Source of the DNA: an uncultured Candidatus Saccharibacteria bacterium
Lineage (GTDB): Bacteria > Patescibacteriota > Doudnabacteria > UBA920
Reading direction: 5' to 3'
NCBI GenBank assembly: GCA_964453405.1
Contig: CAYVOF010000003.1
Location: 4,286 to 68,285, forward strand
Length of the DNA: 64,000 nt
The notes beneath the pieces were generated by a model, which did no database searches, was not told the origin of the DNA, and saw only the letters and a list, made by a program, of their open reading frames with translations. The position numbers were made by a program, and so were the translations under genes. Shown here piece by piece: positions 1-8,866 of this stretch; the stretch's first letter is position 1; the number at the start of each line of letters is the position of its first letter.

Positions 1-52
1 AACAAGTGACTTTTACGTCAGTGTAATATTGAGGATGGATTGCTGTTTTCAT
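1..52 (-). CDS. rpmE: 50S ribosomal protein L31, N-terminal part (runs off window)
   Basis: Manual minus-strand translation from ATG at 52: MKTAIHPQYYTDVKVTC, a typical L31 N-terminus; divergent from rpsB. Confidence 0.9.
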   Translation of the reverse strand, partial: MKTAIHPQYYTDVKVTC

Positions 53-135
53 GTTTCTAGATTAGATTTCCGCCACGCTGTGGGCTTTGCCCTATACGTA
101 GCAATTAATTAGAACTTTAATCATTATAGTACTAC

Positions 136-164
136 TTGCGCGTTTCGTCAAGGCCTGCTATACT
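136..164 (+). promoter_or_regulatory. sigma70-type promoter of rpsB-tsf
   Basis: TTGCGC-17 nt-TATACT. Confidence 0.6.
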
Positions 165-186
165 TTTACGGTAATTAATCAAACAT

Positions 187-243
187 ACTTTGCATTAACT
201 CCTGTCGCTTTGGGCCCACTGGCTAAAGAACGACCCGCAAAGT
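187..243 (+). promoter_or_regulatory. structured rpsB 5' leader (probable S2 autoregulatory RNA)
   Basis: Nested stem ACTTTGC/GCAAAGT, GTCG/CGAC, CTTTGG/CTAAAG between promoter and rpsB; S2 leaders are known at this position. Confidence 0.5.
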
Positions 244-262
244 AGAAGTTAAAGGAAACAAT

Positions 263-994
263 ATGAAAGACATTAGTCTATTAGACCTGCTTAAAAGCGG
301 GGCACATTTTGGGCATAAAACATCCCGTTGGAACCCAAAGATGAAGCCGTATATTTTTGCATCTCGCAATAACATTCACATCATTGATTTAGAAAAGACT
401 CGAGCGAGTCTTCAAAAGGCAACAACTTTCGTCGCTGAAATTGCTAAATCAGGTGGAACAGTTTTGTTTATCGGCACCAAGCGCCAATCTCGCGAAATTG
501 TTAAGCAACAAGCAGAAGCCTGTGGTATGCCTTACGTTAACTTACGCTGGTTGGGTGGAACATTCACTAACTTCCGCACAATTCAAAAAACTGTTCGTAA
601 GTTAGAAAAGTTACAGCAACGCAAAGATTCTCCTGACTTTGAACAAAAGTACACTAAAAAAGAACGTCTCTTAATCGAACGTGAAATCGAAAAGCTTACA
701 AAGTTGTTCGAAGGTATAAAGAACATGAAGCGAATTCCACAAGCTGTATTTATCACTGATATTCATCACGACAATATTGCTCTCACAGAAGCTCGCAAGA
801 TGAAGGTTCCAGTAATTGCTATTACTGATACCAACACTGATCCAAGCTTGGTAGATTATCCTATTCCAGCTAATGATGATGCTAGCAGTGCCGTATCATT
901 GATCACTGAATTTATTTCTACAGCTGTTAAAGTAAACAAGACTGTAGAAACTTCTGCACCAGCACCAGTCGTGGAAAAAACAGAAGTAGCTTAA
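263..994 (+). CDS. rpsB: 30S ribosomal protein S2
   Basis: GAHFGH..RWNPKM, RWLGGTFTN, IPANDD motifs. Confidence 0.99.
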   Translation: MKDISLLDLLKSGAHFGHKTSRWNPKMKPYIFASRNNIHIIDLEKTRASLQKATTFVAEIAKSGGTVLFIGTKRQSREIVKQQAEACGMPYVNLRWLGGTFTNFRTIQKTVRKLEKLQQRKDSPDFEQKYTKKERLLIEREIEKLTKLFEGIKNMKRIPQAVFITDIHHDNIALTEARKMKVPVIAITDTNTDPSLVDYPIPANDDASSAVSLITEFISTAVKVNKTVETSAPAPVVEKTEVA

Positions 995-1035
995 CCAGCT
1001 CGTTTATCAACAAAAAGAATTAACTATTTATAAAA

Positions 1036-1620
1036 ATGTCTGACGCAAATACAATTAAACAACTTAGAGAACAAACTGGCGCTGGAATTATGGATGTAAA
1101 AGAAGCCTTAACCGAAGCTGGTGATGATGTAGAAAAAGCTGTTGAGATTCTCCGAAAAAAAGGATTAGCTAAGCAAGCTAAAAAAGCAGATCGCGCTGCT
1201 AACGAAGGTATCGTTGAAAGTTACATTCACGCAGGTGGCCGCATTGGTGTGTTAGTAGAAGTAAACTGTGAAACCGACTTCGTAGCTCGCACAGATGACT
1301 TTAAAGCTTTAGTTAAAGAAATCGCGCTACATATTGCAGCTGCAAACCCATTATATATTTCTAGCGAAGATGTTCCAATAGAAGTAATCGAAAAAGAAAA
1401 GGAAATTTATAAAGAACAGTTTGCTGGCAAGCCTGATGATGTAATTGCAAAAATGCTTGAAGGCAAGATTGCTAAGTACTACGAAGAAGCTTGTCTACTA
1501 AATCAGCCGTTCGTCAAAGATGGGGATAAAACCATCGGCGAATTGCTCGGAGAAGCAACTGGAAAGATGGGGGAGAATATTCAGGTCCGCCGCTTTACCC
1601 GCTATATGTTGGGAAATTAA
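1036..1620 (+). CDS. tsf: elongation factor Ts (short form)
   Basis: LREQTGAGIMDVKEAL, EVNCETDFVAR; follows rpsB. Confidence 0.99.
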   Translation: MSDANTIKQLREQTGAGIMDVKEALTEAGDDVEKAVEILRKKGLAKQAKKADRAANEGIVESYIHAGGRIGVLVEVNCETDFVARTDDFKALVKEIALHIAAANPLYISSEDVPIEVIEKEKEIYKEQFAGKPDDVIAKMLEGKIAKYYEEACLLNQPFVKDGDKTIGELLGEATGKMGENIQVRRFTRYMLGN

Positions 1621-1631
1621 TCTATCAAAAC

Positions 1632-1670
1632 AAAAAGACCTTGTGTCGCTAACGCGTTCGAGGTCTTTTT
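1632..1670 (+). terminator. intrinsic terminator after tsf
   Basis: AAAAAGACCTTG...CGAGGTCTTTTT hairpin with T tract. Confidence 0.7.
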
Positions 1671-1734
1671 AAACCAAATTTTTAATCAATTTAGAATTAT
1701 AGGCTATAATGTAGGTAATTAATTTTGCCCAAAA

Positions 1735-2514
1735 GTGCCTTATAACACTATCATGAACATAACTTTTATTGTCTCGATTGTTGGGGTGATTTTGATGGTC
1801 CTACGTCGCCTTCCCGAAGCAACAGTTGCAGACAAACAAGCCAAAATTAATAAACAAACTTCTGTGGTATCTGCTACCACTGCAGGCTCTTTATTGTTTG
1901 CCAAAGGTTTGCCTGTTAAGGCTTATTCTAAAACTAAAGTCTTGTTCAAATTGATTGGCCACAAGATTTGGCAATTCTTGCTAGAAGCAAAAGGTCTTAA
2001 GCAGGCTCCAAAGATTAGTTACAACTTTCAAAAAGTGTTTTCTAAAATCAAGTCTGACGCTACAACTCCTTTAGTTAAGGATGAAAAATACTATATAAAT
2101 CTTATTAAGCGTAATCCAAAAGATGATTCATATTACGACCTGTTAGGGCAGTACTACTTAGAAGAAAAGAAAATGGAAGACGCGCAAAATGTATATGAGT
2201 ATTTAGTCAATCACGCACCAACACAAACTACATATTGGGTGCGCTTAGGGTTGGCGGCGCTATTCTTAAAAGATTTTAAAAAGGCCGAACATGCTTATCA
2301 AAAAGCTGTGAATTTAGATCCTACTAACCCGAGTCGGTTTTATAATTTAGCTTTATCACAGCAAGGGCTTAAAAAGTTTAATCTCGCTGTCACTGCTTTA
2401 AAAAAAGCTTTAGAGTTGGAACCAAAAAACCAAAAATATATTGATTTTCATTTTGAGATGGAGTCTAAAGCCAAGGTGGCAGTTCCTCTTGAAAATATTC
2501 ACAAAAAGCAGTAA
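1735..2514 (+). CDS. membrane-anchored TPR-repeat protein
   Basis: N-terminal TM helix; C-terminal TPR motifs (YQKAVNLDPTN, LKKALELEPKN). Confidence 0.85.
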   Translation: MPYNTIMNITFIVSIVGVILMVLRRLPEATVADKQAKINKQTSVVSATTAGSLLFAKGLPVKAYSKTKVLFKLIGHKIWQFLLEAKGLKQAPKISYNFQKVFSKIKSDATTPLVKDEKYYINLIKRNPKDDSYYDLLGQYYLEEKKMEDAQNVYEYLVNHAPTQTTYWVRLGLAALFLKDFKKAEHAYQKAVNLDPTNPSRFYNLALSQQGLKKFNLAVTALKKALELEPKNQKYIDFHFEMESKAKVAVPLENIHKKQ

Positions 2515-2543
2515 ACTAATTGAGTTACTTGCACGCGCTACAT

Positions 2544-2619
2544 GCCGTTGTAGCTCAGTTGGTAGAGCATCTCCATGGTAAGGAGAAGGTCTGCGGTTCG
2601 ATCCCGCACAACGGCTCCA
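2544..2619 (+). tRNA. tRNA-Thr(GGT)
   Basis: Cloverleaf GCCGTTG...CAACGGC-T-CCA, anticodon loop AT-GGT-AA, GGTTCGATCC T-arm. Confidence 0.96.
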
Positions 2620-2665
2620 GAAAACAGTCTTCAAAAGAAGGCTTTTTTTTGATGCAAAAGTGTGC

Positions 2666-2694
2666 TTGACAAAATACCATAAACATGGTACTCT
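2666..2694 (+). promoter_or_regulatory. sigma70 promoter with overlapping palindrome
   Basis: TTGACA-17-TACTCT; TACCAT-N4-ATGGTA inverted repeat across spacer/-10. Confidence 0.6.
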
Positions 2695-2789
2695 TAGATG
2701 TTTGTTTGCAACATAACAAACCACCCTGGTCCAAAAAAGTCATAAGTGACTGCAGGATTGGGATGAAATCTCTACTGGAGGAAAATCAA

Positions 2790-3854
2790 ATGCCAATTTC
2801 ATTTGAATTTTTGGTGATAGTTTTAGCGATAGTTTTTTTCGTGCTGTATCTGTTATGCAATTTCGGCTTAGAACCACTTGTGATAAATGCCGCTAACAAG
2901 CGACTGCTTGTGATAGAGGGGCGAAATAATGTTTATGCAGTATGTAAACTCAGTGATTATCTTTTGCAAGCAGGAAAGGATGATGCAATGAGTTTCGCAT
3001 ATGAAAAAAAGACACAAAGCTTACCAGTTAAAGTTAAAGAGACTATGATCTTCACAGATCAAGACCTCCCACAACGCACTGGCACTATAGAGGACATGAA
3101 TAAGTTGATCCAGGAAAATTACCCAATGATTTACGGATCTCCTCGCGGTCATTACCATGGTGTTAAACGACACTTATTTGTGCCTTTTGTGGAAACAGCA
3201 ATCTACTCAGAGATTGAGCAGAAAACTTTTTACACCAAAATTATAAGTCTTGAAGAGGCTCATAAAAAAGTCTATGGTTATGCTGCTGATGAAAAAGTAG
3301 GAGTTGCTAGAAAAGTTTTTAATTACTTCGTAAAGCAGTTTGCGGATGAACGAAGTGAAACGAAATCGATCGTAAAGTTGCGACAAAGTCTTGCCTTGGC
3401 AACCATTTGCGCTGGTGGTTTAGTACTTATTCAGCACGCAGACTGGATTATAAAAAAATTACCAAACCCTACAAAAACTTCCACTTCACTTAAAATCGAA
3501 AATGGTAAAGTGGTTGCAGAAACGATCGCTGCACCCCCCGGTACTATCCCTATGATGCCAGACGACACCATGAAAGGCGGTAATATAATCGATCTTTGTA
3601 TCATTGTCGAAGCTCCTAAGTATGCTGGGAATGGATTATCTATGGTTAGAGTGAAACGAAAGTTTAATAACGATGACACTTTTGATATTCTAACTATTGC
3701 TTCTCCAGAATACATTCCGGGTGCTGAGGTTTTAGTCCGAAGTAGTCTGATTAGAGGCTCTGGAAATGTCAACGTACTGGAGTTTTGGATTGTTTCTCAA
3801 GAGGAAGCTGATGCATTAGTTTCGACTGGTCACTTTAACTTTCGTGAACCGTGA
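2790..3854 (+). CDS. hypothetical membrane-anchored protein
   Basis: Long ORF; start moved to ATG 2790 after GGAGG; N-terminal TM helix; no family recognised. Confidence 0.7.
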   Translation: MPISFEFLVIVLAIVFFVLYLLCNFGLEPLVINAANKRLLVIEGRNNVYAVCKLSDYLLQAGKDDAMSFAYEKKTQSLPVKVKETMIFTDQDLPQRTGTIEDMNKLIQENYPMIYGSPRGHYHGVKRHLFVPFVETAIYSEIEQKTFYTKIISLEEAHKKVYGYAADEKVGVARKVFNYFVKQFADERSETKSIVKLRQSLALATICAGGLVLIQHADWIIKKLPNPTKTSTSLKIENGKVVAETIAAPPGTIPMMPDDTMKGGNIIDLCIIVEAPKYAGNGLSMVRVKRKFNNDDTFDILTIASPEYIPGAEVLVRSSLIRGSGNVNVLEFWIVSQEEADALVSTGHFNFREP

Positions 3855-3875
3855 AATTAGATCCAGTGCTGGATC

Positions 3876-3903
3876 CCCGACTCAAACAAGAGTCGGGTTT
3901 TTT
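3876..3903 (+). terminator. intrinsic terminator
   Basis: CCCGACTC-loop-GAGTCGGG-TTTTTT. Confidence 0.75.
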
Positions 3904-3918
3904 TATTTCACAAAAAAT

Positions 3919-4935
3919 TCAGGCTACTGTCTCTTCGGTCTTAGCAGGAAAAATTTCTCTAAACCTGGTGTGTATAGCATCCAAATTTTTTACTAAGGTT
4001 TCATCTAACTTAAAAGATGGATTATCTATGTTCGGGTGCTTCATGGCATTTATTTGATCAAATAAGGATTTAAAAAAGGTAAGGGCTAATTGTTTTTCTA
4101 AATCAGAAATCTCTTCAGAATCAGGGTTTGTATATTCGTCCAAGATACCATTAAGCTGTTCAGTGTTAAGTGCAAAGTAAAAAGAAGGTAAGTGTTCGAT
4201 GGGAGCACCTAATAATTTTCGCTCGGTAATTTCAAGTCCAAAATTGATATCAGAACCCCCATTCCATAACTGGTGGAGCTGCTTTTGTTTTTTACTTTCT
4301 AATCTTGAATTTGATCCAGACTGGTATTCAGGTCCAGTGTGAACAGTATCGAGAGCAAAAATAATTTTCCCGGTTTTCTCGTCAATAAAAAATAGGTCTG
4401 TTCCATTAAAAATATCATCAAAATCGGTGGCGCCGACAACTTTAAAATCTTTTCCAAAGACGCGGTTGAGCAATACTGTGGCAGCCATTTCTAATTGTCG
4501 GTTCTTCTCTAGATTTTTTTCTTGTTCCCAATACTCCAATACTTGATCCAAAGTGGGTAGTTCAGTTAGTTTGTACTTGGTTTGATAGGCCTGTTGAATA
4601 AAGTTTATTTCTTCTTCGTTAAGATCAGATCTATCATCATCCATGTGATCACGAATGGCTAACTTTTTACCAATAAAAGTGATTTGGCGACGTTTTATGG
4701 CGTCAATAAATTCCTTATTTTTGTCTTTATCACCATAAAAACGTTTTTGAATACTACATTCATCATTTAAGAGGTTGTCGATGCCATACTTTTCCTTAAA
4801 ATCAGAGTTAAAAGCCTTGGCGTTAATAGACAGTTTACTTTGTAGTCGCTCAGAAGTTAGCTCTGATTTTTCTTTTGTTGAGAGGGGATATCTGGCTTCT
4901 TGCGGGACATGACCACTAGTTTCTGTAAAAGGCAT
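3919..4935 (-). CDS. hypothetical protein
   Basis: 338-aa ORF; DD..NGTDLFF...ALD motif loosely PD-(D/E)XK-like; no firm family. Confidence 0.7.
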   Translation of the reverse strand: MPFTETSGHVPQEARYPLSTKEKSELTSERLQSKLSINAKAFNSDFKEKYGIDNLLNDECSIQKRFYGDKDKNKEFIDAIKRRQITFIGKKLAIRDHMDDDRSDLNEEEINFIQQAYQTKYKLTELPTLDQVLEYWEQEKNLEKNRQLEMAATVLLNRVFGKDFKVVGATDFDDIFNGTDLFFIDEKTGKIIFALDTVHTGPEYQSGSNSRLESKKQKQLHQLWNGGSDINFGLEITERKLLGAPIEHLPSFYFALNTEQLNGILDEYTNPDSEEISDLEKQLALTFFKSLFDQINAMKHPNIDNPSFKLDETLVKNLDAIHTRFREIFPAKTEETVA

Positions 4936-4985
4936 TGATTTAGTAGAATTCTTAATTTATCTAATTATATCAAAAAAAGACCAAA

Positions 4986-5585
4986 CTAGTTGGCCTTACT
5001 CCGTATCGCTCCAGCCCATGGATCATTTTCGGCGAGAGGGTATTCCGGTACCACTCTAGCACTACATACGTCCATCATGTGACAAAAGCCAGCCAGCTCG
5101 TTCATAACTCGGCCGCGTTCGTTGTATTTATCAAATTCACCTTCAACATATTTAAATGCGTTAAGCAGCTGTTTGGTAAGTGAAATGAAGTACTCTCGAA
5201 TCTTGGCTAACCTGAACTTGTGTTGAGCAACCTTTGATCGCAAACTGGGGATTACCTCAAGATCTCCTTTTTTATTACGACGGTACTTCCACGGTTTTTC
5301 TATGTCGTGAATAAACAGAATAAGTAAGACATCTGACAGACTAAAGTTAACCGGTCGGCCGGTTGAAAGTAGTGTGGCATAGAAGATCACCGCGTAATTC
5401 ATTATTTCAACGAGATGATCGAGATAGCCTCCAGGCCAGGCTTGGTGATTATGAACCGAACCATACGCTTCTGTAAAAAGCTTGCGGTTGTTATGCAACA
5501 GCATCTTACAGCCGATGCGATTGGGTTCATCTATTAGCTCAAGTAATTCGTCTATGGTGAGACGAGTAGGTTGTTTATTGTTCAT
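4986..5585 (-). CDS. HD-domain phosphohydrolase-like protein
   Basis: HNHQAWPGGYLDH and IHDIEK motifs as in YhaM-type HD domains; AGGAGG SD; TTGCTA-17-TAGAAT promoter. Confidence 0.7.
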   Translation of the reverse strand: MNNKQPTRLTIDELLELIDEPNRIGCKMLLHNNRKLFTEAYGSVHNHQAWPGGYLDHLVEIMNYAVIFYATLLSTGRPVNFSLSDVLLILFIHDIEKPWKYRRNKKGDLEVIPSLRSKVAQHKFRLAKIREYFISLTKQLLNAFKYVEGEFDKYNERGRVMNELAGFCHMMDVCSARVVPEYPLAENDPWAGAIRSKAN

Positions 5586-5637
5586 TATTCCTCCTGTAAG
5601 ACTAATTATTCTAACCTAAATTAGTCTGGTTAGCAAT

Positions 5638-5671
5638 ACAAAAACACCTCAAAATAATTGAGGTGTTTTTG
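5638..5671 (-). terminator. terminator of tRNA-Tyr (bidirectional form)
   Basis: AAAAACACCTCAA-loop-TTGAGGTGTTTTT. Confidence 0.8.
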
Positions 5672-5672
5672 C

Positions 5673-5759
5673 TGGTGGGCAGGACAGGATTCGAACCTGT
5701 GAAGGCACAAGGCCGGCTGATTTACAGTCAGCTGCGTTTGACCGCTTCGCTACCTACCC
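5673..5759 (-). tRNA. tRNA-Tyr(GTA)
   Basis: GGGTAGG...CCTGCCC-A-CCA, anticodon CT-GTA-AA, long variable arm; own promoter TTGCCA-17-TAGAAT. Confidence 0.97.
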
Positions 5760-5827
5760 AAATTACTAACTTCAAAATTCTACCTTATTTTGGTAGTTTT
5801 GGCAACTGCTAATGGTCTATATAAAGA

Positions 5828-5972
5828 AGAAAAACGCTTGTGAGAGCGTTTTTATATGGTAAGATGCGTGGTTCTACTTGCCCTGAGATAAATCGCTGGT
5901 AAAGTAGAATTCGCGCATTAGTGGAGGGTTTAATCCCTCCTGAGGATTTTTGGTAGGATTACTTTCGTAACT
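5828..5972. ncRNA. candidate structured small RNA
   Basis: Three hairpins plus a bidirectional terminator (5830-5853) between two tRNAs that each have their own promoter; extra minus-strand promoter TTGACT-17-TAAGAT at 6007-5979. Confidence 0.4.
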
Positions 5973-6050
5973 ACTTTTATCTTAAGGCGTAATCTAGACA
6001 AAGTCAAGGAGATATGTTAAACTTTGAAAGTTATTTATGCATCTACCCGG

Positions 6051-6126
6051 GCCGGCTTAGCTCATCCGGTAGAGCAACGGTTTTGTAAACCGTAGGTGGT
6101 CGGTTCGAGTCCGACAGCCGGCTCCA
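6051..6126 (+). tRNA. tRNA-Thr(TGT)
   Basis: GCCGGCT...AGCCGGC-T-CCA, anticodon TT-TGT-AA; promoter TAGACA-17-TAAACT at 5995-6023. Confidence 0.97.
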
Positions 6127-6153
6127 GTTTATAGAAATATTAAATTTGATAAT

Positions 6154-6309
6154 ATGTCACAAGATCACAGAATTCAGTTGGAATGCACAATCTGCCGCAA
6201 TATCAATTACAACAGCACCAAGAACAAAAAGAATACCCAAGCGCGCTTGGAGATCAAGAAGTTCTGTAAGCACTGTAAAAAGCAGACTCCGCATAAAGAA
6301 ACTAAATAA
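6154..6309 (+). CDS. rpmG: 50S ribosomal protein L33 (Zn-binding type)
   Basis: Manual translation (absent from ORF track): [51 protein letters not shown]. Confidence 0.96.
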   Translation: MSQDHRIQLECTICRNINYNSTKNKKNTQARLEIKKFCKHCKKQTPHKETK

Positions 6310-6397
6310 AATAATTTCCACTTTAAGTGGATTTTATTTTACTTTGAGGAAATTTTTAGCAAAACTTGAGGATGTGTAAGGTATAATTAGTTTAGGA

Positions 6398-7072
6398 GTG
6401 ATTAAATATATGCAGAGATACAATCAAGAAACCAAACAAGAAAGTTTTCAATTGCGAAAGAAGGGTTATTCCATAATGGCCATTTCCAAAGAATTAGGGA
6501 TTGCTAAGAGTACAGCCTCGTTATGGGTTAGAAATGTTAAGCTTGACACTGAAGCTATTACGACGTTATCAAAAAATCAAAAGATAGGAAGACAAAAAGG
6601 AATCAATTCAAGACAACTTAGACTGTCCAGAGCATATAATTCTATCCAAAATATTGTTACAAATGATTTGAGTAATAAAGATTTGGACATTTTGACTAAG
6701 AGGTTACTCTGCTCATTCTTATATTGGTGCGAAGGGTCAAAAGCCAGAAGTGAGTTAAGGATAACCAACTCTGATCCAAAACTAATAACTGTATTCTTGA
6801 GATTATTCAGAGAGTCATTTTACTTGGATGAAAGTAAATTTGCTGCAACACTTCACCTGCATGAATACCATGATAAAAATGAAAGGTTGCTTTTTTGGTC
6901 AAACCTCACTAAAATACCTAAGAATCGTATAGGAATTTATAATAAGCCAAATACTGGGAAACGCAAGAAAAAAGACTACCCAGGGTGTATTGCAATTCAT
7001 TATTATGATGTAAAGATGTATGATATTTTAACTGCTTATTATACAAAGTTTTATGAAAATATGGGGGCGTAG
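6398..7072 (+). CDS. HTH plus LAGLIDADG-like domain protein
   Basis: N-terminal HTH (GYSIMAISKELGIAKSTASLW); LYWCEGSK...ITNSDP segment resembling LAGLIDADG-fold proteins; stop codon inside tRNA-Trp. Confidence 0.7.
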   Translation: MIKYMQRYNQETKQESFQLRKKGYSIMAISKELGIAKSTASLWVRNVKLDTEAITTLSKNQKIGRQKGINSRQLRLSRAYNSIQNIVTNDLSNKDLDILTKRLLCSFLYWCEGSKARSELRITNSDPKLITVFLRLFRESFYLDESKFAATLHLHEYHDKNERLLFWSNLTKIPKNRIGIYNKPNTGKRKKKDYPGCIAIHYYDVKMYDILTAYYTKFYENMGA

Positions 7073-7136
7073 TGTATCGGTCGCACAAATCTCTCCAAAA
7101 GATTTAGGTCGGGTTCAATTCCTGACGCCCCTGCCA
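7063..7136 (+). tRNA. tRNA-Trp(CCA); anchor of the cassette array
   Basis: GGGGGCG...CGCCCCT-G-CCA, anticodon arm AATCT-CTCCAAA-AGATT, GGTTCAATTCC T-arm. Confidence 0.95.
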
Positions 7137-7194
7137 CAAGAATCACCGCATAATTGTGCGGTGTTTTTGTATAGGGCAAGTGGAGGTTAGAACT
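7113..7194 (+). repeat. junction R0: tRNA 3' half + hairpin + right arm A
   Basis: GTTCAATTCCTGACGCCCCTGCCA-CAAGAATCACCGCATAATTGTGCGGTGTTTTTG-TATAGGGCAAGTGGAGGTTAGAACT. Confidence 0.9.
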
Positions 7195-7260
7195 AAGTGA
7201 CACAACCAAAATAAAAAAGCTACCGACTTTGATCAGTAGCTTTCACAAAAAGATATCACT

Positions 7261-7833
7261 TTACAGAGAGTAAAAGAAGTAAAGAACTTCTTTAGAAAAC
7301 TTTGTTGGCGGACCATTATGCCATACGTACAATTCTGTCCCAGCGAAGGTAAAACCTTTTCGAAGAAAAAGTTTGCACGCGGAATGTTTAGTTGTATCCA
7401 TTTCTACCCTTATACCATCGCAGTTAGGTTCTTCATTAGCGATTCGTATTAACTCGTCGATAAGAGCATCGGAACAACCTTTGCCTCTAGCTTCGCTAGC
7501 AATAAGGATTCCCCAAACAATCATCACCTTAGTCATTTTTCTCTGTTTCCAAGAGGCGAGCACCCAACCCAGTGGTTTGTCATCTGAACAAACGACTAAA
7601 GCGATATACTCAGGATTATTGATATTAGGAAGAACTTCTTCTGTAATACCTTTGTAGTGGGTAGACTCGATAGTTACTGGTTCAGATAGCTCAACTTCAC
7701 TTAGATCTAGAGTGCTACCATTTAAAGCTAGGGAAAACATTTTGGTGCTAGCTCCAGTATAATTAAGTTTTTGAAGTTCGATACAATCCTGCTCAGTTGC
7801 TTTCCTTACACTGATATTTTTAGAATCATTCAT
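7261..7833 (-). CDS. GNAT family N-acetyltransferase (cassette 1)
   Basis: VRKATEQD, EARGKGCSDALI acetyl-CoA motif, ACKLFLRKGF; GGAGG SD; TTGACA-17-TATAAT promoter upstream. Confidence 0.88.
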   Translation of the reverse strand: MNDSKNISVRKATEQDCIELQKLNYTGASTKMFSLALNGSTLDLSEVELSEPVTIESTHYKGITEEVLPNINNPEYIALVVCSDDKPLGWVLASWKQRKMTKVMIVWGILIASEARGKGCSDALIDELIRIANEEPNCDGIRVEMDTTKHSACKLFLRKGFTFAGTELYVWHNGPPTKFSKEVLYFFYSL

Positions 7834-7972
7834 TATTATTTCCTCCAGAAATAAGATTTATATGATATTTCATTATACTATATATTATTAGTTATGTCAA
7901 GTTAGTTTGCATGCGCTCACTTACAGTAATTATAAACTACTTCTAAGTTTTATAATCCAACTTAGTGCAAAT

Positions 7973-8060
7973 AGTTCTAACATCCTCCACCACGCACTGC
8001 CAGCAAAAGCGTCGCATATCTGTGCGGTGTTTTTGTATGGGGCAAGTGTAGGTTAGAACT
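7973..8060 (+). repeat. junction R1 (full, right arm A)
   Basis: AGTTCTAACATCCTCCACCACGCACTGCCA-GCAAAAGCGTCGCATATCTGTGCGGTGTTTTTG-TATGGGGCAAGTGTAGGTTAGAACT. Confidence 0.95.
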
Positions 8061-8093
8061 GCCGTGGTATAATACAATCAATTAAGAATACAT

Positions 8094-8708
8094 ATGAATA
8101 AAATATTATTATCTATTTCAATTGTTCTTTTCTTGGCAGTAGGTTGCAATCAATCACAACCAAATTCTATTACAAATCCATCTACACAAGATGCAATAGT
8201 GAAAACATCTAATTGGTTGATTTATGGCGATATAAAAATGGGGTATCAGATTAAATATCCTACTGAATTAGTTGCCAGACGTGTTGGTGGAGCATATACA
8301 GGAACCGCAAATAAGGTCCTAAAGGATGATGTGGTCTTTTCCCTATCTTCAGATTGGGCAAAACAGGATGCTATAAGTGAATCCGATACGAAAAGGTGTG
8401 GCAATGACTTTTGTACAGCAACACCGTTTACTCCCATGGGATTGTATCTGAATGTATTCAACAATAGCTCAGTAGGGGGAGGTTACGACGAAGCTGCATC
8501 CCTTTACGCAGCACATAAAGATATTATCAAGGGCTATTTATCGGAATGCACAGCCAATTCAGGGATTGTTCCCCAAGACAAAGCACCTGCAAGTATTTAC
8601 ATAAAACAGATTGAGCCTTCCAAATTCGTTATGGTATGCGCAACCCAAGGCTATGAATCACAAGCCCAGGCAATGTTAAGCACTTTCAATTTTACCAATG
8701 GTTTATAA
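8094..8708 (+). CDS. putative lipoprotein, PsbP-like (cassette 2)
   Basis: Signal peptide with lipobox LAVGC; WxxY...GYQIKYP and C-terminal MLSTFNF; TGGTATAAT at 8065-8073. Confidence 0.7.
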   Translation: MNKILLSISIVLFLAVGCNQSQPNSITNPSTQDAIVKTSNWLIYGDIKMGYQIKYPTELVARRVGGAYTGTANKVLKDDVVFSLSSDWAKQDAISESDTKRCGNDFCTATPFTPMGLYLNVFNNSSVGGGYDEAASLYAAHKDIIKGYLSECTANSGIVPQDKAPASIYIKQIEPSKFVMVCATQGYESQAQAMLSTFNFTNGL

Positions 8709-8767
8709 CTTTCATATAAGACAATTCAATTTGCTGGCTCATGAACACACAATTGGCCAATAATGTA

Positions 8768-8830
8768 AGTCCTAACATCCTCCACCACGCCCTGCCACAA
8801 AAGCACCGCATAATTGTGCGGTGTTTTTGT
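8768..8830 (+). repeat. junction R2 (left arm + hairpin, no right arm)
   Basis: AGTCCTAACATCCTCCACCACGCCCTGCCA-CAAAAGCACCGCATAATTGTGCGGTGTTTTTGT. Confidence 0.93.
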
Positions 8831-8866
8831 TTTAATAAAAAAAGGGAAGAGTTGCTTCCCATAATA

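Noticed and set aside
2410-2743. Minus-strand ORFs 2410-2724 and 2555-2743
   Set aside because: Antisense to tRNA-Thr.
6146-6379. 77-aa ORF in the track
   Set aside because: Wrong frame; the real gene is rpmG at 6154-6309.
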